From assembly GCA_051530055.1 (NCBI GenBank), contig CM121341.1, positions 7,852,784-7,916,783 of the forward strand: a stretch of DNA of 64,000 nt, written 5' to 3'. This document shows positions 36,217 to 47,417 of this stretch, piece after piece. The notes beneath the pieces are model-generated. The model worked only from the letters and a program-made list of their open reading frames with translations. It did not search any database and was not told the origin of the DNA. Source of the stretch: Neoechinorhynchus agilis (Eukaryota > Animalia > Acanthocephala). Within the stretch, counting starts at the first letter, position 1, and each line of letters starts with the position of its first letter. Both the position numbers and the translations under genes were made by a program.

Positions 36217-39184
36217 TTTAATGTTTAAAAATTGATTTCGAATAGTTGTAGTAACGACATCTGAGGAAACAATGTGGATAACAGTAGCTTGGACGAGTAC
36301 CTAAGACTAAAGAACGTTCAATGATTTTCGTTTAAAGGTGCCACGTTTGGTGTGCATTAAATTGCTATTTCTTAATTTTACCTTTAAAAAGTACATTTTT
36401 CGACTTCATTGGAAATGCTTTGCGGTATTGAATTTCATTTTAAAAACAACACTGAGCAAACCGTGAGAGATTTTTTCAGTGTGATTTATTTCGCCTGATT
36501 TCCAGCTGAGATTAGCTACATAAAAAATAAAGAAGTTTTGATAATACAGCGTTTAATTTCAACTGAGAACGAATGAGAGTGGAGCTGGTTTTTTTCTGTT
36601 TAAATTGAAATGAAACTGTTTTTATTGTGTGTGTTTGTGTGTGTGTGTTCGTTGTTACACTAAAACCCAAACGACAAAGTAGGAATTTCGTTGTTTTTTT
36701 TCGGAATAATTAAAACTGTTCGTCTTGAAAGGTATTAATGGCGATTAAATCAGGCTTTGATTTTTTTTAAAAAAAATTAGATTGCCTATGAGCTAGGAGG
36801 AAGGCAAATAGATCTCAAATAAACCCTAAGAAAGCAAAGGCAATAGCGCATCCATTTGGGTTATGATGTGGATGCAATTCACGAGCATATCAGCCACTGC
36901 GTACGTTCTATGTTTGCATATTCTCCACATGCAGCTGCCAGTGCAATCAAATATGCTAACAGCAATGGTATTCACACATCCTTTATCACCAATGCCGATA
37001 TTGATCAATAGGGCGATCTTCGGCCAAGTGATTTTGAGTTCTTTATCTGGCTCATCTGTTTCAAAGACCTCCGTCTTTTACCTGTATGACATTTATTTTT
37101 CGGAACAATTACCACATTCAATTTCACTTTTCTCATTCAAACGATACGAACAATGAAGAGAATCGCGACTTCGTAGAATGGACTGAACAAGCTCGTCTCT
37201 CTCTTTCACAGACTATCACTTACCGGATTTCTGATCTACGTTTCAAAAATATTCTTTTCCTTATTCACGCCAGTCTTTCAACATCTCTGAAGATCACTCC
37301 TTGAGCAAAAGGGCCCGATGCGATTACCTTAAACTGACGATTCGGGATAATCTAGGTCTGTATATATTTCCTTCTGTCAGGGAAAGTGTTTCAGTAAAGA
37401 GTACGCAACCTAATTACCTTCAAGAAATTCTCGAATATGGCTTATCTAAATCGAAGGTTTTTAATATGAAATTTCGTCGTGTACGGAAATAATGAACGGT
37501 CGAAGATTAAGACATTAGATTATATTTTCTGTGGATTTTAAGAATCATAACAGCCAATCAACATTCACTACCTCAATAATAGACTTCAAGAACGACCACA
37601 ACTTCATTGCCAATAAGTATTCTATTATTAGCGTGCTAAAATTCGAAGATTTCCGCTCATAGCGATCTTCGCAATTCCATGTGACTGCCAAACGCGCCAA
37701 CGAATAACATTATTTTCACATTTAGTATGAATAACGATCGATGAAGAAGATTATCAATAAGCAAAGCGGGCAATTATGTGTTTATGTCTATTCTGGGAAA
37801 CAGTTGTGGATAATATATTTAAGACATGTGACAAAAAGAAAAATTGATGGTGTTATTAAATAAATATTTAGTTTCCATTTTAGCTCGATTATCAAGATCG
37901 AATGTATTATTAATCCGCGTATTGAATCCCTTTGAGCTTTTGCCGAAGAAATCATTGCGTTTGTCCATTTCGAGAAAATAATGCCAAATAGCCACGATAT
38001 ACTCACATCAGCATTCCTCCTTTATAACATTCCTTTGACAATGCTTGTTGAGCACTAATGATTATAGAGGCGTAGAAACTCCATCCATTCCGATAACCCG
38101 AAGCTTTTCTTTACTAGTCCTAGTTGCTTGCATTCCCATATCCACAGCACTTTTATTGCGCTGAATGCTATCCTTAGAAGTTCCTCTTAGAACGTAAAAC
38201 TTTTAGTGACTATTAATTGTACGATTGGCGAAGTTGAAATTCTTGTCTTTATGAATCGTTAAGCTTTGCAAGTCCTTACTTTGGTTGTTAAAATGCCATT
38301 TCAATTTTACAAAAAATGAATTGAACTCTGCAAAACGAAAAACCAAATAAGATTGGCATAAACCTTAGAAAGCTAATTTAAACAGAATGTTTGAAGATTG
38401 AACTGTTCATCGTGGTTGTTTCCTGATGGCACGAAGAAATTAAAATGATTTTTTCGGCACACAATCTTGTACGCCTTTTGATCAATGTTGTTAAAGTGTT
38501 TTATTCGCATTTGAATGATAAACGCGTAAAAGATTGTGCCGAAATATCAGATTTTAAAATAAAATCATCATTTTAATTTCTTGGCCATAAAACAATTAAT
38601 GTAAAGTCTCGCGGACGAACGTCGAAATCGTAGTCGTTAGTCTTAAATACATTTTAAACAGTAGTCGCATTCTGGTTTATTCACTTCAAAAAGTCTTTAT
38701 CAACTCTGATTCTTCGTATTTTCTGTTTTAGTTTTATTTCGCTTATATTTTTTCAATGAATTTGCTGTTCGTGATCGAACAGTCAGAAAAGACTATTTAA
38801 TCCATTTATCTCTGTGGCTTTGTTTATACCACTTGTATCCATATAAAGAATACATACAAAGAGCTCATTTGCGATTGCATCAACCAGTTAAAAAGAAAAC
38901 GATTTTATTTGATACAGACAATAACAACAATTTATTCGTCCAGGAACGATGTGATTAATACAGTACTTAAAATCCTGCTTGAAAATGGTGGCTATTTATC
39001 TTCTATTGTAGAAAATAAACATCATAAGTCGAAAAGTCAGTTAAAATGTAACTCTTAAACGAATAGCTAAAAACTTTAGATGTATTCGCGATCGACTCAG
39101 ATAATAAATGATTTTACTAACAGAAAAATTAACAATTTTTTTCATCATTGACAGAGAAAATCCTTCGGGTAAGTCAAAGTTTAT

Positions 39185-39368
39185 AATTTTGGTGACAATA
39201 CTCCCGGTCATAACCTATATTTGATTTATTGGAGATATTTCGCGAGGAGGTAACCTCGCCTCATCAGTCATTGTTAAGGTGTTTTATTCGATGAAGCGAG
39301 ATTACCTCCTCGCGAAATATTTCCAATAAATCAAACAGGTTATGACCGGGAGTATATTCACCAAAATT
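39185..39368. mobile_element. Inverted pLTR-like pair; minus-strand arm has an intact hammerhead core
   Basis: Minus 39231-39272 reads aatga CTGATGA g gcgagg ttacct cctcgc GAAA ta T C tcc AATAAA. The plus arm is degenerate (tcgatga). Confidence 0.75.
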
Positions 39369-39553
39369 AACTAAAATTTTTATATCATACACAAAAAAAG
39401 GGGGGAACGTCTATTGCGGAATTCTTTAAACTCCAATAAAAATTAGGATTATACACATCACTCTTTGTTCTCAACTAGCATTTATTCTTAACGACAATTG
39501 ATTATCGTTCACTCTTTAAAGTGCGATTTATATAACTGTCCTCGAAATGTGGT

Positions 39554-40425
39554 CTATGAAGTAAGGAATATTTCAAGAATGCTTCCTTCTTTTCGCCATT
39601 CCACATTTGAGTAACTCGAATCCACAAAAAGTGCTTTATAATATCGCAAGAATTTTTTCATCCCACCGGAATCCGTTTCGCTAGATCGTTTAACAGCACT
39701 CAGTGTCAATAACTTACAGTTACGATATGGAGTGGACTCTAGTCGTACATCAATGTTTTCCAATGGAAACTCAACCATATCAAAACTGAATTTTGCTTGT
39801 TTGTAGCACTGTTCCGTGTTTGGCAACAAGTAGTTGTTTTTGTGGCCGAATTGATACTCGATTGGATAAGGTGGAGCAGCTTCAAGGACAAGATATTTTT
39901 GATTAGTCAAATAAGCGTGCACTTGCTTTAAATCTACATTGATTGTGAGATTTTGCCTTTCTTTAAAGGTGAAGTTAAAAGATAAAATCGCACAGAATCC
40001 TTACCACGAGGAAGATGGATTGTTCGTCGGTGTGAAATCTTTAAGAAATCTTTTGCACTTTCTCGTGAGCCAAATTTATTGTGCTTCGCTTTAACTTTAA
40101 GACGATCATTACCGGTAGCTTTTATCTCAATATCGCTGGGTTCAAACCCACTCATTGCAAGGACACATTTGTAAGGGTTTGGAGCATATGCGTCTCTTTT
40201 AGGGATTTTCCTCTTTAATCTCCATTGAGGGAATCGACAACTAGGCATTTTTATAGGAATAGTACTTTTAGTTGCAATTGGCGATGAAGTGAAATCACTA
40301 CATCCAAGTTGTTCGAATCGTTTGCTGATCTCACTGATGTTATCCATAAGCTCTGTCATCGCACTTGTCGAGCTCCCGTAATCACAATGTTTTCCAAATG
40401 CATGATCCGGTGGAGTAATCTTCAT
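39554..40425 (-). CDS. Small heat-shock protein with two alpha-crystallin domains (p40-like), one ~44-nt intron
   Basis: ACD1 SGFEPSDIEIK...RRTIHLP|...NVDLKQVHAYLTNQKYLVLEA; ACD2 VEFPLENIDVRL...LLTLSA. Confidence 0.7.
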
Positions 40426-41659
40426 CGAGAAACGCTTGGTTTACAAGGAAGGTCGTGTAAACAGAGATAAGCAAAAAAACGATAATATCTAAGGTCGATG
40501 TGTTGGTCCGTGATGATCGATGGAAAAAAACCACAATTTTGCGCTATGGTTCTAAAAAAGCGTCGAAATATCGATGGCTTTTAGCGAAACCAAACGAGCT
40601 CTACACTGGTAGTTGTTGCATAATATGAATTGCGAAGACGAGTTGAATTGCTATAGTAATTTTAGACTTTAAAAGAACGAGTGCTTTAAGTTTGTAGTAC
40701 TGCAGAAGTTACACTTGCTCTTAATGTATTCGAATTGTGCATTTTGAAGCTTTTTAATAACGATCATCAATTTAAAAAAATGATTAGGGATTTTTGTCGT
40801 TTTGCTTTAAAGCAAACCTCTCGCAACATATTTTATCTTACATATTTTGGTAGAATATCTCATCAAAAGATCAGTTATTTCCGCAGATAGCTCAACAGAG
40901 ACTTTATCACGCAAACCGGTTATAAGCATTATCGACTTTTGTCTCTTCTTGCCCTTGACTTCTGAATTTTAAGACTTTTCAAGCTTCAATGCGATGATGA
41001 ATGTGTACAAATATGTGGCGGTGGGGAAAAATTATATCGAACAATGACTTTAATTGAAATATTTCGTTCAATCACACTGCTGATTTTTCAGTCAATTATC
41101 TAAAAAGGAATTTGGCAAGGTATCCTCAACTTTAGGGATCACTCAAAAGTATTGGCTCCTCTTTTGGGAAAAGCTTCCAAGCGATGTCGAACGCAAAACT
41201 CATGAGTCCGTAACGTGTCCAACAGCGAACGAAGAGCATCTAAAACGGGAAACCAACACAAATTCAAAATATAACGACGAATTCTTAGCTTTTCCAAAAA
41301 ATAAAGTACCTTCTGAGATCTTGATCTGCTGCATTGTCGCCATTTTAATATGAGCGATTGACTGTTGACTAAATTATCTTCACCTACTTAAAGATTACTC
41401 GTTATTGTCGATGAGAATTGCTTTGCTGAAGGTGGCAACGAAAATTCTTGAATTTTAGATTCCAGCGCCTTATTATGTGACTGTGAGATTTTAAATTCGT
41501 CTGATTTTCTCCGGGTGTCATTTGATTTGCTTTAGGTTTTTCCAGTAATTTGATTAGCGTAAGTTCCAAATCATCAACAAAACCACCTTCAAAGATTGAA
41601 TTGTTCATATTGTGGTTGTTTTATGGCATAGAAATATCAAAATCACAGATGCAAACAAT

Positions 41660-41880
41660 CATTACATTTGCTTTTTGTTCACAAATTCATTCTTTTCGTT
41701 CAATTCTTCAACTGTCGTCATGATTGTTCGGTAGCTTCCTTGATGGCCGCGTTGGATCGCCGCACTGATTCGCTCCATCAGGAAGCTACTGCCATTGGCA
41801 TATTTCAGCATCTTTCCCAGTCGGGAAAGGAGATAATCGGCTTCTTTTCCGAGGCATCTCAGCGTTTCCACCGCAAAGTT
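41660..41880 (-). mobile_element. Degenerate CRE-like 3' fragment
   Basis: VETLRCLGKEADYLLSRLG...FLMERISAAIQRG. Confidence 0.6.
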
Positions 41881-42779
41881 AACAAAGCAAAGGACTCAGC
41901 TGGGAAAACAGCTTTATAACTTTCAATTTGATCTCGAAACAATTTACAACCTTCATAAACGCGTACGAGATTATGTGCCGAAATCAATCGGATTTTAAAA
42001 TCATTTTAATTTTTCTACGCCAAAAAAGCATCTTCACATGTTCAATTTCTCCGAATGTCATTTTTTTGTGTTGCGAGCTCTTAGAGAACAATTTATTTTT
42101 CGAAGTCTTACAATTTATTTGGACATCAATTTCAACAATCATTTTCGGTCAAACTTTCGCAACCGAATCGATGTCCTGTACTTATTGGCATTCAGATTTA
42201 ATATTAGGAAATGCATTCGAGTAATCTGATTAGCAATTACGGCTATCTTTCTACATTGTTAAGTCTTAGTTTCTCAATGGAGTGAGCGTTGATTACAATT
42301 CATCTTCTGACGATCGATGATTAAATCTTCACCTATTTAATTATAAAGAAATTCTTCATTAAAGCTTCAGATTCAATTAGCGATCTTTGATTCAGAAATA
42401 GATTTATCCTGAAAATTTTCGGCCTTTTCGTGGGCCTTACGATAAATCTATCGCTGAATCAAAAATCGCTAATTGAAACTATTTAATTCGGGGTTCCGAG
42501 AACCTCATATTCTTCAGACCTTCATTTAATATTCTCGGAAATCAACGAGGGTAAAGAACAACATCTTTCTTGACCAAATTTGTAAATATTAGCACACAAG
42601 ATTTATGAGTTTATTTGAGGCAAATCTGAGAAATTCGGCACTACACACACTTCTTATATAGCTTGTCCTCAAAAATCAAACTTCATCGGATCGTCTTACA
42701 TCCTCCATCACACTATCCATCTTTTTTCGACCTTCCCCGTTTCCTCATTCCCTTGGTCTCAGTAAGTCCGGCGTTCGTT

Positions 42780-42920
42780 ATCCAATCGTCTTCCGCTCAT
42801 TGCTCGACATGATGGAACCATCGCATTCTTCTTTTGGCTATCACTTAACGAGGCAATGCTGCCAGCGTGATGGCGACGGTCGAGGAAGGAGAGAAGCTGG
42901 AATTCGGCGGGAGGTGTGTT
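42780..42920 (+). mobile_element. CRE-like 3' end, similar to 4700-4770 and 5950-6010
   Basis: ggcaatgctgccagcgtgatggcgacggtcgaggaaggagagaagctggaattc = GNAASVMATVEEGEKLEF. Confidence 0.55.
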
Positions 42921-43589
42921 AATTGTCGAGAAATGAAGATTGATTGAAATAAAATATTTTCGATGCACCGGCTCGACGTCGAACATTTTTCTAATCTCGG
43001 CCTTGGGGTATTTTATCTCTGCGTGTTACTCTAGCTGACCATCTCAGCATCCTCATTTCATTTACAATCAATCTCTGTACGTCCTCCTTTTTTTGTGCCC
43101 GTTACTCTTTTCCAGTTATTCCACCCACATTGGACTCTCTGCTCAAGACAATTAAAGGAAACAAAGCTTTAGCAATTATAAAACGATGGTTAATCCTTTC
43201 GTCAAATTATGGCTCCACCCGCACGACGTAAAATAATAAGAAACGATAGGTAAGAATTTTTTATCAAGCGCTCTGTATCCGAATGTATTGAAGAGTGCAC
43301 TACATCAATATTGTTTTGGAACCTTTCATTGTTATGTCAGTTTGTTAATTTGCTGTTTTTGTCGCTTCAGTCGTCGTATTCAATTTCGGATGTTATGTGC
43401 TGTTATGTGTCTGTCAAATGTCCAAAGAATGTACTTAGTACTGTTTTTGTTGCGTTTCTGTTGACCTGCACTTGTCTAATATTGTGCTAATCGTGAAAAA
43501 AGTAACTTTGGCAATCGGCTTTCTATTCTCCCCACATATCTTGTTTTTTCAGTTTAATCTTTCCGTTTGACGCATTGGATTCTTTTTCA

Positions 43590-45430
43590 ATTAGGGATTC
43601 CAGTACTGTTTGAACAATCGTACCAGTTTTGTCGGGTCGTTTACGTGATTCTTGTGTACTAGACTACTGAAAGACTGTTGCGCCATCAATCTTAAGTTTT
43701 TGATCACTTCCTAACAGTCGTTTACGTGATTTTTAGGCCGAATATGTTTGGGATTTTCTAACGTCATCAAATCTATTATAAAGCTCAATTACCTAGTCGC
43801 GTTTTGCATGATTCTTATACACTCGATTGCTACAGGGGTGTCAGGCCATCGATCTTAACTTTATGCTATTTATCATTTGTTGCATTGTCAGCTGATTTTC
43901 TCGACCGCATGTTTATTTCTTTTTTTATTAATGTGTATTTTCGGCGGTCGGAGAAACTTTGTTTTACATCAGAGAAGTGATGTTACCACTTAAACTCCGA
44001 TGAAACGTTAAGAGTTCGTACGTCTCTCCGGATCCTCAGATACCTCCCGAGGAGGCGGGACTCATCAGTGAGTTTCCTCCCTTCAGCGGGATTTCGTCCC
44101 CTTTGGCTGTGAGTCATTGGCGATCGTGGATTCGAACTCTTTGACCCTGAAACAGGGATTCGGGGCACGAGTCCACCAGACCACGCTATTTATCTATTTC
44201 CTAACCACTGTTATCGTTATTTTTGTACCGAATGCGTGTAGAATTTTTTAACGTCATCAAAGCTATTATAAAGCTCAATTACCTAGTCGTGTTTTGCATG
44301 ATTCTTGCACACTCGATTGCTACAGGGGTGTTAGGCCATCAATCTTAATTTTGGGCGAATTCGCTATTTCATAACCGGCGTTGTCGTGATTTTCGTACCG
44401 AATGCGTGTAGAATTTTTAACGTCATCGAAGTTACTTTAAAGTCTAATTCCCTTATCGTCATTTGCATGATTCTTGTACACTAGATTGATGTAGGAGTGT
44501 TAGGTCATCGATCTATATTTTTTGCGAATTCTCTTTCTCCTGAAAGTCGTTTTCATAATTTTTGTACCGAATATATTTGGGATTTTCTAACGTCATCATA
44601 GCTATTATAAATGTCAATTTAATAGTCGTATTTTGCATGATTCTAACGCACTCGATTGTTGTGGGAGTCTTAGGCCATGGATCTTAACTTTTTGCTAATT
44701 CGCTATTTCTTGACTGGCGTTTGCGCGGTTTTTGTACCAAATATGTTTAGGATATCCGTCGCCATCAAATTTAAAAAAAAGTTCGATTCCCTTATCGGCG
44801 TTTCCGTGATTGTTGCGCTGTAGATTGATGTAGGAGTGTTAGGTCATCGATCTTATTTTTTTGCGAATTCTCTATCTCAGGACGGTCGTTTTTATATATT
44901 TTGTACCAAATATGGTTTGGATTTTCTAAGGTCATCAACGTTACTATAAATGCAAATTGAATAGTCGTATTTTTCATGATTGTTGCGCCTTCGATTGCTG
45001 TAGCAGTGTTAGGCCATCGATCTTAAAATTTTTCTAATTCTCTATTTCTTAACCGGTGTTATCGTGATTTTTGTACCGAATATGTTTGGGATTTCCGTCG
45101 TCATCGAATTTACCAAAGTTCACTTTTCTTGTCGCCCTTTAAATGATTCTTGCATAATTGACCGCGGATGGACTGTTGCGCCATCAAGCTTAATTTTGTT
45201 TCTCATTTTCTGTTCCCTACCAGTCGTTTTGGTAATTTTTTATCGAACATGTTTGGGATTTTCAAACGTCATCAAAGTTACTATAAAGGTCAATTCCCTA
45301 ATCGTATTTTTGGATGATTATTTTACATTAGATTGCTGTGGGTTTTTTTTCTAATCCTCCATTTCGTAAAAGTCATTTGCGTTATTTTATCACCGAATAT
45401 GTTTTGGAGTTTCTGACGTTATCAAAGTTA
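43590..45430. repeat. Old degenerate satellite, ~170-bp unit x ~9-10, interrupted by a SINE
   Basis: The gattcttg.acact.gattg...ggccatcgatctt motif recurs at 162-171 bp spacing. Confidence 0.75.
43963..44187 (-). mobile_element. Solo SINE copy
   Basis: tggtctggtgg A-box-like segment, gttcgaatcc B box, shared core and a short tail. Confidence 0.7.
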
Positions 45431-45712
45431 CTATATAATAACACGGTTTATTTGTTGATGCACAAAGAAAAGGACCGATGTACCTTTGGATTTTCATAAA
45501 CACTCGAGTTCAAATTGGAAAATGAATCTGGATATTATTGATTTTGGAGTAGATTACGAGTCCGGGCGGGTGAGAATATTCGGTTGGAAGGTCCGCTAGG
45601 ACTCTAGCGGGCATCGGTCGGACGGTAGGACACTCATTAACCAGAAGGATGAGTTGTCTGCCGTCATGAATCTCATGTGAACTTCCACTCCACTTCACTC
45701 GCATTGTAGATT

Positions 45713-45751
45713 ACACCCTGAAGAAGCCGTTGGACGGCGAAAGCTAGATGT
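45713..45751 (+). ncRNA. Minimal Penelope-type hammerhead, core intact, stem I with one mismatch
   Basis: acacc CTGAAGA a gccgt tgg acggc GAAA gc T A gatgt, AGCT palindrome, AATAAA 4 nt later. Confidence 0.65.
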
Positions 45752-47417
45752 TTCAATAAAATCTCTTTGAGTCGGATTGTCAATCAAACAATCATCAATA
45801 GATAAAACATGCGACTGAACAACCAAGCAGCGCTTAGTAATCTTATGAACATTTTTCTCATAGTCGAATTTCCATTTATGAAGTGATCCACAATAAGCAA
45901 AGGCTAAACGATGAAATCGGAAACCTTACGACTGATTGATTTTGTACATTCGTGATTAACTGTTTCTTGAATTATAGAGATTCAAAAAATGAAATATTGA
46001 AAGCTTCTACGTTACTATTATCAAAAAAATAAGTAGAATAGAAATTTTTAGATTGATAGAGTTACGGTTCTTTAGAAAATTTGTCGTCCAACTATTTTGC
46101 GGCAAATTCCAATTATAAACAATCCAACATTCGATACTGAATAAATCAAGACGTTTTCTCAAAATCATAAATAAACTTTGATTATTTGAGATGTTGAACA
46201 AAATCATAACATATTATAAAATTGATAGTTATTTGCTTGTGTTCAAATTCAAAATGCAAAAAGCTAAGGGTCATTCTGTGCTTTCACAATCGAAGAAAAC
46301 TCTCCGGATAATGACTATTACTATAAAGTACTTTTTATTTATGAAATAATTGAAAATCTATACCATCCCCTGCATTATACACATTTATTTTTAAATTCTT
46401 CGAAACCTTTAGCCCAAGAAAAATACAACCGATAAAGTCCTTTAAAAGTGCTCCCTTAATTTCGTAGGCGTATAATTAAAAAAAGAAGATATTAAACTAT
46501 TTGTAAGGGGAAAAGGATTTAATTGTTTGCTGCCGATTCAATATTGGTAATTAAATATACTTTTTTAATTACTATTGTAAAAACGCACTTCTTTAAGTTT
46601 AATATTGCAGTTTCATCAATACATACGGAATTTTATCCAAAAAAGTTACATACGATTTTATCCTGCTTATAAATCGCGAACATTCTTCACTTAATGGTTT
46701 ATTCAGTTTTAGCAATATTGTTGAAAACACTTAAAAATCGCCTCAAAATCCTATTTAAATGTTCTTAAACCTTCGAGTCGTCTTAGTGGATATCTTTTCA
46801 AATTTAATAAGGCCCACATATTTATTTTCGCCTTATATTTTAGAGTACTGATCAAATCTGATTGCAAGCAGACGAATTGAAAGCAAATTTGTTTCTTTGC
46901 ACACCTTAATTTCCAAGCGCATTGTTTTAGCAAGCATATAAAGATAGAGATTGTCACGGTCCAGGTGTCTAATCTCACAAGCTTGAGAGCTAACAATGTT
47001 TTGAGGCCCAATACTTTCATGATTCAATCCTTGTTGATTTTAAAATTATTAGAAGCATTGTAAGTTTCATTGAAAGCGCAATAATTTGAATTTTCGTGTC
47101 TTTTGCTTTTGCAAACTCGGCGATAGATTTTTCATAAGTGCAAAATTTTTAAAAGCGCTATTTTGTTTTGTCAGTTTTGATAAGATCTTTTATTTATCAA
47201 GAAAATCCAAAAAGGGTTCTTTTTACGAACAACCATAGAACCGATTATCGTTGTATAAAATCAATACTCAATTGCAGTATTTTTACGTTCCGGGATTTAC
47301 TTCAAATATTTTAAAAACGACGATCAAATTTTATCACTCTGTTTTGTTCCTGTATTATGAATTATTTTCAGAAAAAACGGGCGAAAATTGCGTAAAAATT
47401 AAAAAGCTCAACAGGAA

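Noticed and set aside
36826-38300. Several short overlapping ORFs on both strands
   Set aside because: I could not assemble a consistent exon chain or recognise a family; a gene may exist, but it is unsupported.
41051-41098. Active hammerhead
   Set aside because: Stem I is perfect (attga/tcaat), but G8 is mutated and stem II is disrupted.
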